Shown: piece after piece, positions 19,427-29,936 of the stretch
How positions within the stretch are numbered: the stretch's first letter is position 1
How the letters are laid out: each line of letters begins with the position of its first letter
NCBI GenBank assembly: GCA_963762145.1
Contig: CAVXJS010000011.1
Location: 32,001-96,000, forward strand
Direction of reading: 5' to 3'
Source: an uncultured Candidatus Rokubacteria bacterium
GTDB taxonomy: Bacteria > Methylomirabilota > Methylomirabilia > Rokubacteriales > CSP1-6
Length of the DNA stretch: 64,000 nucleotides
Made by a program: the position numbers and the translations under genes
Notes under the pieces: model-generated
Seen by the model: the letters and a program-made list of their open reading frames with translations, nothing else
The model's database searches: none
What the model was told of the DNA's origin: nothing

Positions 19427-20328
19427 AGTGCCGCAAGTGCGGAGGGGCGGCCGCGCTCGAGCTGCGGCGCCACAACGCGGCCTTCTGCTCGCCGCACTTC
19501 CTCGAGTTCTTCCGCAAGCAGGTCGCGGAGGCGGTGCACCGGCACCAGATGTTCACCCGCGACGAGAAGATCATGGTGGCCGTCTCGGGCGGCAAGGACT
19601 CCCTCGCCCTCTGGGACGTGCTGATCGAGGACGGCTACCAGACCGCCGGCCTCTATCTCGACCTGGGCATCTTCGACTACTCGAAGGAGTCCCGGGCCAA
19701 GTGCGAGGCGTTCGCGGCCTCGCGCGGCCAGACCCTGCACATCGAGCGGGTGGCGGAAGCGGTGGGAGCGCCGATTCCGGTGGTGCAGCAGGCCACCCGG
19801 CGCCCGACGTGCTCGGCCTGCGGCCTCTCCAAGCGGTACCTGATGAATCGCGCCGCGCTCCAGCACGGCTACCCGGTGGTGGCCACCGGCCACAACCTCG
19901 ACGACGAGGCCGCCACGCTCTTCGGCTCCGTCATGCACTGGCAGACCGACGCGCTGCCGCGGCAGTCGCCCGCGCTGGCCTCGACGCATCCGAAGCTGGT
20001 TCGCCGCGTGAAGCCGCTCTACCGCCTGTCCGAGCTCGAGACCGCGGCGTTCGCGTTCCTGCGCGGCATCGACTACATCGTGGAGGAGTGCCCGTTCGCC
20101 AAGGGCGCCACGTCGATCGCCCACAAGCAGGTGCTGGACCGGCTCGAGGAGGCCTCGCCCGGCTCCAAGCACAACTTCCTGTTCGGCTTCCTCGAGAAGG
20201 CCCGCCCGGCCTTCGAGAAGATCGAGCACGTCGAGCTGCTCGAGTGCACCTCCTGCGGGCAGGTCACCACGGGCGCGATCTGCGCCTTCTGCAAGCTCGC
20301 CGATCTGGTCAAGCGTCGCACGTCGTGA
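19423..20328 (+). CDS. ttuA: tRNA 2-thiolation enzyme TtuA (TtcA/TtuA family)
   Basis: N- and C-terminal Zn-finger CxxC; PP-loop SGGKDS; CSACG, TGHNLDD, KPL and ECP. Confidence 0.88.
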   Translation: MKCRKCGGAAALELRRHNAAFCSPHFLEFFRKQVAEAVHRHQMFTRDEKIMVAVSGGKDSLALWDVLIEDGYQTAGLYLDLGIFDYSKESRAKCEAFAASRGQTLHIERVAEAVGAPIPVVQQATRRPTCSACGLSKRYLMNRAALQHGYPVVATGHNLDDEAATLFGSVMHWQTDALPRQSPALASTHPKLVRRVKPLYRLSELETAAFAFLRGIDYIVEECPFAKGATSIAHKQVLDRLEEASPGSKHNFLFGFLEKARPAFEKIEHVELLECTSCGQVTTGAICAFCKLADLVKRRTS

Positions 20329-20350
20329 ATCCTTCGAAGAGGAGATAGCC

Positions 20351-21496
20351 ATGCAGAACGCGGTGATCGTCGGCGCGGTCCGGACCGCCGTCGGCCGGAA
20401 GAACGGCAAGCTCGCGGGCTACCGCCCGGACGACCTCCTGGCCGACACGCTCAAGGCCCTGGTGGCGCGCGTGAAGATCGACCCGAGCGAGATCGAGGAC
20501 GTGGTGATGGGCTGCGTGGACCAGGTGGGCGAGCAGGGGTTCAACATCGCCCGCAACGCCGCCCTGATCGCCGGGTTGCCGCTGGACGTCTGCGGCACGA
20601 CGCTCGACCGCATGTGCGGCTCGGGCCAGCAGGCCGCCAACTTCGCGGCCATGGGCGTGATGTCCGGCCAGTACGAGTGCGTGATCGCGGGCGGGGTGGA
20701 GAACATGAGCCGCGTGCCGATGGGCTCGAACGGCATGGGGCCCGGCGACGGGCCGCTGTCCCCGCGGCTCCAGGCGCTCTACAACATCATCCCGCAGGGG
20801 CTCTCCGCCGAGATGATCGCCGAGCAGTGGGGCATCAAGCGCGAGGAGCTCGACGAGTTCGCGGCCCAGAGCCACGAGCGGGCGGGCCGGGCGATCGCGG
20901 AGGGGCGCTTCAAGCGGGAGATCGCCCCGCTCACGCTGGCCGACGGCAGCGTGTTCGACACCGACGAGGGCGTGCGGGTGCCCGTGAACCGCGAGAAGAT
21001 GGCGGCACTCGCGCCGTCCTTCAAGCCCGACGGGGTGGTCACCGCGGCCAACTCCTCGCAGATCTCGGACGGCGCCGCCGCGCTGCTGATCATGTCGGAG
21101 ACGCGGGCCAAGGCGCTGGGGCTCACCCCGCGCGCGCGCATCGTGGCCACGGCTCTGGCCGGGGTGGACCCGACCATCATGCTGACCGGCCCCATCCCGG
21201 CCACCCAGCGGGTGCTCAAGAAGGCGGGAATGAAGCTCGAGCAGATCGATCTGTTCGAGATCAACGAGGCCTTCGCCTCGGTGGTGCTGGCCTGGGAGCG
21301 GGAGCTGCACCCGGACATGACTCGCGTCAACGTCAACGGGGGCGCGATCGCGCTGGGCCACCCGCTCGGCTGCTCGGGCGGCAAGCTCATGACGACGCTG
21401 CTGCACGAGCTGGAGCGCAGCAAGAAGCGCTACGGGCTCCAGACCATGTGCATCGGCTTCGGGCAGGGGATCGCCACCATCATCGAGCGCGTGTAG
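20351..21496 (+). CDS. Thiolase (acetyl-CoA C-acyltransferase)
   Basis: RMCGSG, SQISDGAA, EINEAFA, NGGAIALGHPLG and TMCIGFGQG. Confidence 0.93.
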   Translation: MQNAVIVGAVRTAVGRKNGKLAGYRPDDLLADTLKALVARVKIDPSEIEDVVMGCVDQVGEQGFNIARNAALIAGLPLDVCGTTLDRMCGSGQQAANFAAMGVMSGQYECVIAGGVENMSRVPMGSNGMGPGDGPLSPRLQALYNIIPQGLSAEMIAEQWGIKREELDEFAAQSHERAGRAIAEGRFKREIAPLTLADGSVFDTDEGVRVPVNREKMAALAPSFKPDGVVTAANSSQISDGAAALLIMSETRAKALGLTPRARIVATALAGVDPTIMLTGPIPATQRVLKKAGMKLEQIDLFEINEAFASVVLAWERELHPDMTRVNVNGGAIALGHPLGCSGGKLMTTLLHELERSKKRYGLQTMCIGFGQGIATIIERV

Positions 21497-21533
21497 CGTC
21501 TCACGCCGCGCCGGCCGCATTCGCCGGATTGCC

Positions 21534-22739
21534 ATGAGCCAGCTCAACGCCAAGAAGCGGGCGAAGCTGCCCAAGAGCGCGTTTGCGTACGTGGATTCGC
21601 GCGGCCGACGACGCCTGCCGATCAACGACGAGTCGCACGTGCGAAACGCCCTGGCCCGCTTCACCCAGGTGGCCTTCGAGGACGAGGCGGCCCGGGAGGC
21701 GGCGCGCAAGAAGCTCCTCAACGCCGCCCGGAAGTACGGGATCGTCCCCGTCGGGTTCATCACCGGTCAGCTCGAATCCCGGACGAGCGAGGCCACCGCC
21801 GGACGGCTGGTGATCGAGCTCGGGCAGGGCGGGACCCCGGCCGAGTTCGAGCGAAGGCTACGCGCCGCCCTGCGTGATCCCACGCTGGCGGTCCTGCACT
21901 GGTCCGAGTCGGCGGGCGCGTACCTCGACGGTGCCGGGCAGCCGACCGTCCTGCCCGGCGCGGGCGTGGGTCGGGCGGTGACGCTCCTCGAGCACCAGGG
22001 GCGACCGATGACCGCGCTCGTGCACGATCCCGCCGTCTTGAAGAATCCGGATCTCGTGAAGACGGTGACCGCGGCGGTCAGGCTGACGGTCGAGAACGAG
22101 CGGCTCCGAGGCCAGGTCGAAGCCCAGGCCAGCGAGGTGCGAACCCTGCCGACCGGGAGCGTGACCTTTCTCCTTACCGACATCGAAGGCTCGACGAGCC
22201 TCCTCAATCGGCTCGGCGATCGGTACGCCGCGCTCCTGGCCGACGTGCGCGCCATCATCCGGGGCTGCACGCACCGGGCCGGTGGCCGCGAGGTCGACGC
22301 TCGCGCGGATGAGTTCTTCGCCGTCTTCGTCCGGGCGCCGGCGGCGCTGGAGGCCGCCCTGGCGATCGATCGGACCGTACGGGAACGCGCCTGGCCCGAT
22401 GGGGTCGAGGTCAGGGTCCGCGCGGGCATCCACAGCGGCCGGCCGACACTGACCGATGCGGGCTACGTCGGCCTCGCCGTGCACACCGTCGCCCGCATCT
22501 GCTCGGCGGGTCACGGCGGTCAGATCCTGCTCTCGGGCGCGGCCCGGGATGCTCTGGGCCGGTCACGGCCGGCCGGCATGCGCCTCCGGAGCCTGGGCTC
22601 TCATCGGTTCCGCGGCCTGCGCGAGCCTCAGGCGATCTTCCAGGTTCAGGTCCCACACCTGCAGGAGCGCTTTCCCCCGCTGCGGACCCTCATCGCGTCG
22701 GGCGAGGCGGACGATCGGGCGAGCGAGGCGACTCGGTAG
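21534..22739 (+). CDS. DUF6582-like / GAF-like / class III cyclase fusion protein
   Basis: N-terminal LPKSAFAY...LPINDESHVRNALARF; middle DPTL..HW...LVHDP...ENERL; cyclase LPTGSVTFLLTDIEGST, VRAGIHSG and GHGGQILLS. Confidence 0.8.
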   Translation: MSQLNAKKRAKLPKSAFAYVDSRGRRRLPINDESHVRNALARFTQVAFEDEAAREAARKKLLNAARKYGIVPVGFITGQLESRTSEATAGRLVIELGQGGTPAEFERRLRAALRDPTLAVLHWSESAGAYLDGAGQPTVLPGAGVGRAVTLLEHQGRPMTALVHDPAVLKNPDLVKTVTAAVRLTVENERLRGQVEAQASEVRTLPTGSVTFLLTDIEGSTSLLNRLGDRYAALLADVRAIIRGCTHRAGGREVDARADEFFAVFVRAPAALEAALAIDRTVRERAWPDGVEVRVRAGIHSGRPTLTDAGYVGLAVHTVARICSAGHGGQILLSGAARDALGRSRPAGMRLRSLGSHRFRGLREPQAIFQVQVPHLQERFPPLRTLIASGEADDRASEATR

Positions 22740-22906
22740 GCTTTCGCGAGCTCCGCTTCGAGCAATGCCGGCAAATAGGCATGCGCGAGGCAACCGCCTT
22801 GTGTAGATTCTACGCAGCACCGTCAGGTCTCATGCCAGCCCGATGCTCCTGATGTTTTAGCGATCGCCGGCGGAACCCAGTGGCGAGAGAGACTCATCAA
22901 ACAGAT

Positions 22907-24223
22907 ATGACGTATCTTGTCCGTCTCCTAGCGGGCACGGCGCTGTTCGCGGTCCTGTCGGGGCTGGTGGCCTGCGATCGGTCTCCCCAGGTGAGTGCCG
23001 CCCCCAAGCCGCCCGCGGTCACGGTGGTCGCGGTGGGGCAGCGCTCGGTCCCGGTGTACGGCCAGTACGTGGGCCAGACGGAAGCCGTGAAGACCGTCGA
23101 GGTGCGCGCCCGGGTCGAGGGGTTCATCGAGCGCCAGGTGGCGGCCGACGGCGCCGACGTCAAGGCGGGGGATCTGCTCTTCGTCATCGATCCGCGTCCC
23201 TTCGAGGCCGCCCTCCGCCAGGCGGAGGCCAACGTCTCCCGCGACACCGCCCAGCTTCGCCAGGCCGAGGCCGCCCTCACCCAGCGCGAGGCCGACGTGC
23301 GGCAGGCGCAGGCCAACGTCGACCGCGATCTGGCCCAGGTCGAGAACGCCCGGACCCAGGAAGAGCGCTATCGCTCGCTGCTCCAGCAGCAGCTGATCGC
23401 CCGGGAGCAGTACGACCAGATCCGGACCAACATGACGTCGCTCGAGGCCACCGTGAATGCCGACCGCGCCGCTCTCGAGAACGCGCGGGCCGCGCTGACC
23501 GCGGGGCACGCGGCCATCGAGAACGCGCGCGCCGCCGTCCGCGCCGACGAGGCCGCGGCCGACACCGCCCGGCTCCAGCTCGGGTACACGTCGGTCAGGT
23601 CGCCGCTGGATGGGCGCATGGGCCGAGCCGAGGTCCGGGTGGGCGCCTTCGTGGGCAAGGGCGAGGCGACGCTCCTGGCCACCGTGTCCACCATCGATCC
23701 GATGTACGTCATCTTCAGCGTGAGCGAGCGCGAGTCTCTGGCGGTGTGGGCGCGCCGGCGCGCGGAGATGCAGGCGCGGTCTGGCCACTCCGGCATCACG
23801 ATGACGCTGCCGGACGACAGCCCCTATCCCCAGGACGGCCGGCTCGACTTCGTCGACCGCGTGGTCGATCCTCGCACCGGCACCCTCGCCCTGCGCGCCG
23901 CATTTCCGAATCCGGCCCGGACGCTTCAGCCCGGGCAGTACGTGCGGCTCCGGATTCTCCTCGCGGAGCGTCCCGACGCGCTCGTGGTGCCGCAGGCCGC
24001 GATCCAGGAGAGTCAGGGGTCGGCCTCTCTCTTCGTGGTGGCGCCGGACCAGACGGTGCAGGCGCGCGCCGTCCGGATGGGGCCGCGCGTGGGGCCGTTG
24101 TGGGTGGTCGAGGAGGGCGTGAAGGCCGGCGAGCACGTCGTGGTCAAGGGTCTCCAGCAGATCCGGGCCGGGATCCGCGTGGAGCCGACCCTGGAGGCGC
24201 TGCCGGCCACCCCCGGAAGCTGA
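22907..24223 (+). CDS. RND efflux periplasmic adaptor (lipoprotein)
   Basis: LVAC lipobox; VEVRARVEG, LFVIDPRPF, coiled coil, SPLDGRMG, VDPRTGT and PGQYV. Confidence 0.92.
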   Translation: MTYLVRLLAGTALFAVLSGLVACDRSPQVSAAPKPPAVTVVAVGQRSVPVYGQYVGQTEAVKTVEVRARVEGFIERQVAADGADVKAGDLLFVIDPRPFEAALRQAEANVSRDTAQLRQAEAALTQREADVRQAQANVDRDLAQVENARTQEERYRSLLQQQLIAREQYDQIRTNMTSLEATVNADRAALENARAALTAGHAAIENARAAVRADEAAADTARLQLGYTSVRSPLDGRMGRAEVRVGAFVGKGEATLLATVSTIDPMYVIFSVSERESLAVWARRRAEMQARSGHSGITMTLPDDSPYPQDGRLDFVDRVVDPRTGTLALRAAFPNPARTLQPGQYVRLRILLAERPDALVVPQAAIQESQGSASLFVVAPDQTVQARAVRMGPRVGPLWVVEEGVKAGEHVVVKGLQQIRAGIRVEPTLEALPATPGS

Positions 24224-24229
24224 CGCCCG

Positions 24230-27200
24230 GTGTTCGTCAATTTCTTCATCGACCGTCCGATCTTCGCCTCCGTGCTCGCCATCGTCATCGTGGTGGCCGG
24301 CGCGGTGGCGATCCCGTTCCTGCCGATCGCGATGTTCCCGGAGATCACGCCCCCGCAGGTGGTGGTGACCGCCACCTATCCCGGGGCCAGCGCCGAGGTC
24401 GTCGAGCAGACGGTGGCCACGCCCATCGAGCAGCAGGTCAACGGCGTCGAGGACATGATCTACATGTCCTCCCGCAGCGGCAGCGACGGGACCATGACGC
24501 TCACCGTGACGTTCAAGGTGGGCGCCGATCTCGACATCGCCGCGGTGAACGTGCAGAACCGCGTCTCGATCGCGCAGGCGAAGCTCCCGGCGGAGGTGAC
24601 CCGGCAGGGGCTCACCATCACCAAGCAGCGCCCCGATCTGGTCGAGATCGTCGCCCTGATCTCGCCCGACGGCAGTCGCGACGAGCTCTTCCTGTCCAAC
24701 TACGCCACGCTCCAGCTGGTGGACGTGCTGGCGCGCGTGCCCGGCGTCGGGCAGGTGACCGTGTTCAACGGGCGCGACTACGGGATGCGGCTCTGGCTGA
24801 ATCCCGACCGGCTCGCCAGTCTCGGGCTCACCGCCGGCGACGTGGCCGATGCGGTCCGGGAGCAGAACCTGCAGGCCGCCGCCGGGCAGATCGGCCAGCC
24901 CCGGCGCTGCCCGGCCAGCAGTTCCAGTACACCGTCACCACGCGCGGACGGCTGACGACCCCGGCCGAGTTCGAGGACATCATCCTCCGCACCCGGTCCG
25001 ACGGCTCGGTGCTGCGCGTCAGCGACGTCGCGCGCGTGGAGCTGGGCGCCCAGAGCTACGGGTCCTTCGGCCGGGTCGGCGGCACGCCGGCCGCGCTCAT
25101 CGGCATCTTCCAGCTCCCCGGCGCCAATGCCCTCGACGTGTCGCGGGGCGTGCAGGCGGCGGTGGCCCGGCTCGCCCCCAGCTTTCCCAGCGGGGTCACC
25201 CACACGCGCCCGTACAACACCACCGAGTTCGTGCGGGTCTCGATCGAGGAGGTCGTGCTGACCCTCCTCATCGCCATCGGGCTCGTCGTCCTCACCGTCT
25301 ACGTCTTCCTCCAGGACTGGCGGGCGACGCTGATCCCGACCCTGACGATCCCGGTGTCGCTCGTCGGCACCTTCGCGGTCATCAGCGTGTTCGGGTTCTC
25401 GATCAACACGCTGACGCTCTTCGGGCTCGTCCTCGCCATCGGGATCGTGGTGGACGACGCCATCGTGGTCGTGGAGAACACCCAGCGGCACCTCGACGAG
25501 GAGGGGCTGGGCGCCGCGCGAGGCCGCGCGCCGCGCGACCGCGGAGGTGGTGGGGCCGGTCATCGCCACCGCGCTCGTCCTCATGGCGGTGTTCATCCCC
25601 ATCGCCTTCCTGCCCGGCATCACCGGTCGGCTCTACCGGCAGTTCGCGCTGACCATCGCGGTCTCGGTGGCGCTGTCCGCGCTGAACGCCCTGACCCTGA
25701 CGCCGGCGCTCTGCGCGCTCCTCCTCCGGCCGCCGGGCACGACCCGGAAGCGCTGGCTGGCGCGAACCTGGAACGCGGCATTCCTCCGGCTCACGAACGG
25801 CTACGATCGCACGGTCCGGCGCATCGTCCGGCGGTCCGCCCTCGCGGTGGTGGTCTTGCTCGCTCCTGAGCGGGGCCGCCTACGGGCTGCTCCGCACGGT
25901 GCCCACCGGCTTCGCGCCCGACCGAGGATCAGGGCTATCTCCTGGTCAACGTCCAGCTTCCCGACGCCGCCTCGCTCGAGCGGACCGACGCGGTGGTGCG
26001 TCAGATCGAGAAGATCCTGCTGGAGACGCCCGGGGTCGAGACCGTGGTGGCCATCGGCGGGCGCAGCTTCATCACGGGTGTCAACGGCCCGAACGTGGCC
26101 TCCCTCTTTCCGCGATTGACGCCCTGGTCGAAGCGGAAGGCGTCCGATCTCCAGGCCGGAGCGATCCTGGGGCGCCTGCGCGCGCGTCTCGGCCACCATC
26201 CAGGAGGCCTCCATTGTGGTCTTTCCGCCGCCTCCCATCCGGGGCATCAGCTCCGGCGGCGGGTTCCAGTTCGAGCTGCAGAGCGTGGCCGGTGGCTCGC
26301 TGGAGGAGCTGGACGCGACCGCCCGCAAGATCATGGACGCGGCCCGCCAGCGGCCGGAGCTGGCCGCGACCTTCACCGGCTTCCGGCCGGGGTGCCCCAG
26401 CTCGACGCGCAGGTGGACCGCGCCAAGGCCAAGGCGCTCGGCGTCCCGCTGTCCGACGTGTTCTCTAGCCTGCAGATCTTCCTCGGCTCACTCTACGTCA
26501 ACGACTTCAACGCGTTCGGACGCGTGTACCGGGTCCAGCTCCAGGCGGAGCCGAGCTTCCGCGCCTCGCCCGGCGACGTCGGGCGGCTCTACGTCCGGAG
26601 CCAGCCGGGGGCGGGCGGCCAGCCCCCGCAGATGGTGCCGCTGAGCACGCTCGTCACCGTGAAGCCGATCACCGGGCCCGACACGATCTCGCACTACAAT
26701 CTCTATCGGACGGCCGAGATCGCGGGTGACACCGCCCCGGGCGCCAGCTCCGGTCAGGCCATCGCGGCCATGCAGGACGTGGCGCGCAGTGTCATGCCGG
26801 CGGGCATGTCCTACGAGTGGACGGGCCTCGCGTACCAGGAGCTCGAAGCGGGCAGCCGGGCGGGACTCGTCTTCGCGCTCTCCGCGCTCTTCGTGTTCCT
26901 CGTCCTGGCCGCGCAGTACGAGAGCTGGCTCGTCCCCCTCGCGGTGCTCCTGGCGGTCCCCCTGGGCGTCCTCGGGGCGCTGGGCGCCCTGTGGCTGGGC
27001 GGGCTCGCGAACGACGTGTACGCCCAGATCGGCCTCGCGCTCCTCATGGGACTCGCGAGCAAGAACGCCATCCTGATCGTGGAATTCGCCAAGGAGCGCC
27101 GCGAGCACGGGGCCGAGATCCAGGAGGCGGCGCGCGAGGCCGCCCGGCTCCGCTTCCGCCCCATCCTGATGACGTCGTTCGCCTTCATCCTGGGCTCGCT

Positions 27201-27411
27201 GCCGCTGGTCTTCGCGACGGGCGCGGGCGCGGCCAGCCGGAACTCGATGGGCACCACGGTGGTGGGGGGGATGCTCGCGGTGACCGTGATCGGCGTGCTG
27301 CTGGTGCCCGCGTTCTACGTGGCGGTGGAGCGGCTCGCGGAATCGCGCCGGCGGCCCATCAGGAAGGGCACCGAGGCTGTCGATCTGGCCCCTCCTCGTT
27401 CGACTGTCTAG
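24230..27411 (+). CDS. RND (HAE1/AcrB-like) efflux permease (split by about 6 indels, probably assembly errors)
   Basis: FFIDRPIFA, YPGASAE, GIVVDDAIVVVEN, LAAQYESW, KNAILIVEFA and RFRPILMTSFAF spread over successive frames; breaks near 24900, 25510, 25865, 25920, 26192 and 26390. Confidence 0.9.
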
Positions 27412-27442
27412 CAGAGGCACCACCACCGGGGAGGAGAGGACG

Positions 27443-27805
27443 ATGATCCAAGGGCTGCGCGGCGCGACGATCTGGAGCGAGGACCTGGCCAAGCTACTGC
27501 CGTTCTACCGAGACCTGCTGGGCCTGTCGGTCGCGATCCAGATCCCGGGCTTCGTGGTGCTGGGGGAGCGGGGCGCGCCGTCGCTCGCGCTGGGTACCCA
27601 CAGCGAGGTGCGCGGCCGCAACCTGGACCCCGCGCGGCACATGGTGGGCCTCGGCAGCGACGACGTCGACGCCGACTGGACGCGGCTCGCGGCCGCCGGC
27701 GTGGAGTTCGTCGAGCGCCCGACGGATTACGGTCAGCTCCGGATCGCGACGCTGAAGGATCCCGAGGGTAACCTCATCCAGCTCCTGCAGCCCATCGCGG
27801 GGTGA
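27443..27805 (+). CDS. VOC/glyoxalase family protein
   Basis: FYRDLLGL, DDVDA...GVEF and LKDPEGNLIQL. Confidence 0.85.
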   Translation: MIQGLRGATIWSEDLAKLLPFYRDLLGLSVAIQIPGFVVLGERGAPSLALGTHSEVRGRNLDPARHMVGLGSDDVDADWTRLAAAGVEFVERPTDYGQLRIATLKDPEGNLIQLLQPIAG

Positions 27806-27809
27806 GGCG

Positions 27810-29027
27810 ATGAAGATCTTCTACGGCTGGGTCATCGTCGCGGTGGGGATCGTCGTCACCTGCGTCGGGTTCGGCGCGATGCTCACGCTGAGCGTCTTCC
27901 TGCAGCCCATGGCCGAGGCGATGGGGTGGTCGCGCTCGGGGATCGCCACCGCCGCGATGGTCAACTTCCTCTGCATGGGCCTCGGCGCGTTCATGTGGGG
28001 CGCGCTCTCCGACCGGCTCGGTACGCGCGCGGTCATCCTGTGCGGCGGCGCCCTGCTGGGGCTCGGGATGGTCCTGGCCAGCCAGGCGACCACGCTCCTG
28101 CAGTTCCAGCTCCTGTACGGCGCGATCGTCGGTGTCGCCACCGGGAGCTTCTACGCGCCGCTGATCTCGACCACGACCCGCTGGTTCACGCAGCATCGCA
28201 GCCTCGCGGTCGCCCTCGTCTCCGCCGGATTGAGCGTCGGCTCGACGGTGATGGCGCCGCTCTCGCGCTGGCTGATCACCAGCTACGACTGGCGCACCGC
28301 GATGTGGGTCATCGGCGATCTCGTGTGGCTCGTGATCATCCCGGCCGCCTTCCTGGTGCGCAATCCGCCGGGCGCCACGGCGGCCGCCGCGCCCCTGACC
28401 GCCGCCGGCCCGGACCTGACGATCGGGCAGGTGGTGCGCACGCCGCAGTTCGCGGCCATCGCGCTCACCCACTTCGCCTGCTGCGCGGCGCACTCCGGGC
28501 CGATCTTCCACATGGTCACCCACGCGATCGACCGGGGGGTGCCGGCGATGGCCGCCGCCACCGTGCTGAGCGTGGCCGGCCTCGCCTCGCTCAGCGGCAA
28601 GATCGGCTGCGGCCTCTTCGCGGACCGCGTCGGGGCGAAGCGAACGCTCGTGGCCGGCCTCGCGCTGCAGGCCGCCGCGATCAGCCTCTACCTCTTCACG
28701 GGCGGCCTGGGGGGCTTCTACGCGGCGGCGCTGGTGTTCGGCTTCGCCTACGGCGGCGTCATGCCGCTCTACGCCATCCTGGTGCGCGAGTACTTCGGGG
28801 AGCGGGTCATGGGCAGCGCGTTCGGGGCGGTATCGCTGGCGGCCACCCTCGGCATGGCGGTCGGGCCGTGGATCGGCGCCTACCTGTACGATTCGCTGGG
28901 CAGCTACGCGTGGATGTTCATCGGCTCGTCCGCGATCGGCATCGGGGCGGTGGCCATCGCGCTCACGTTCCGGCCGCCGGGGGCGGCGGCACCGCCGCGG
29001 CTCACGCCGCGCGCGGCGACGTCCTGA
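27810..29027 (+). CDS. MFS transporter (OFA/MCT-like)
   Basis: FYGW start, 12 hydrophobic segments, GALSDRLG and GLFADRVG. Confidence 0.9.
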   Translation: MKIFYGWVIVAVGIVVTCVGFGAMLTLSVFLQPMAEAMGWSRSGIATAAMVNFLCMGLGAFMWGALSDRLGTRAVILCGGALLGLGMVLASQATTLLQFQLLYGAIVGVATGSFYAPLISTTTRWFTQHRSLAVALVSAGLSVGSTVMAPLSRWLITSYDWRTAMWVIGDLVWLVIIPAAFLVRNPPGATAAAAPLTAAGPDLTIGQVVRTPQFAAIALTHFACCAAHSGPIFHMVTHAIDRGVPAMAAATVLSVAGLASLSGKIGCGLFADRVGAKRTLVAGLALQAAAISLYLFTGGLGGFYAAALVFGFAYGGVMPLYAILVREYFGERVMGSAFGAVSLAATLGMAVGPWIGAYLYDSLGSYAWMFIGSSAIGIGAVAIALTFRPPGAAAPPRLTPRAATS

Positions 29028-29119
29028 CCGGCCGGCGATTCTCGCTCAACGCCGGGGACCGGGAGCCCGGACAAGCTGAGAACCGGCGCAGGCTCTCGAT
29101 ACGTGTTTCACTGGTGGCT

Positions 29120-29866
29120 ATGGTGACGACCCTCAGCGGAAAAGTGGCGCTCGTAACCGGCGCCTCGCGCGGGATCGGCCGCGCGTGCGCGATCAAGCTG
29201 GGAACGCTGGGAGCCAGGATCGCGGTCAACTACAACAAGAGCGCCGCCGCGGCTGATGACGTCGTCGCCCGCATCAAGGCCGGCGGCGGGGAGGCCACGG
29301 CCGTGCAAGGCGACGTGAGCGACTTCGCCACCGCGCAGGCCGTCGTCAACACCGCCATCGGCGCTTACGGTCGGCTCGACATCCTCGTCAACAACGCCGG
29401 AACGACCCGCGACGGCCTGCTCGCGACGATGAAGGAAGAAGACTTCGACGTCATCATCCAGCAGAACCTCAAGAGCGTATTCAACTGTAGCCGCGCCACC
29501 CTCCGTCAGATGCTCAAGCAACGATACGGCCGCATCGTCAACATCACCTCGCTCGCGGGAGTGATTGGCGGCGCGGGCCAGACGAACTACGCGGCCGCAA
29601 AAGCCGGGATCATCGGCTTCACGAGGGCGATGGCGAAGGAGTATGGCGGGCGGAATATCGCGGTCAACGCCGTCGCGCCGGGCTACATCCCCACCGACCT
29701 GACGAGCGGTCTGCCGCCGGAGATCACGGAGAGCATCATCAAGCTGACGGCATACGGTCGGGCGGGAACCCCGGAAGAGGTGGCCAACGCCGTAGCGTTC
29801 CTCGCATCCGACGAGGCCAGCTACATCACGGGGCAGGTCCTGGCCGTCGACGGCGGAGTGGCGTAG
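29120..29866 (+). CDS. fabG: 3-oxoacyl-ACP reductase
   Basis: TGASRGIG, NNAG.TRD, GQTNYAAAKAG, NAVAPGYI and YITGQVLAVDGG. Confidence 0.9.
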   Translation: MVTTLSGKVALVTGASRGIGRACAIKLGTLGARIAVNYNKSAAAADDVVARIKAGGGEATAVQGDVSDFATAQAVVNTAIGAYGRLDILVNNAGTTRDGLLATMKEEDFDVIIQQNLKSVFNCSRATLRQMLKQRYGRIVNITSLAGVIGGAGQTNYAAAKAGIIGFTRAMAKEYGGRNIAVNAVAPGYIPTDLTSGLPPEITESIIKLTAYGRAGTPEEVANAVAFLASDEASYITGQVLAVDGGVA

Positions 29867-29936
29867 CTAGCCGGCGCACGAGAGCTCCATTGAGCCCTCT
29901 ACGCGGATCATGCTAGGCTTGCGCGTGGCTGCACGA

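Noticed and set aside
22740-22900. c-di-GMP-I riboswitch (GGCAAA seen)
   Set aside because: The GNRA stem and downstream GCAAAG/P1 elements are missing.
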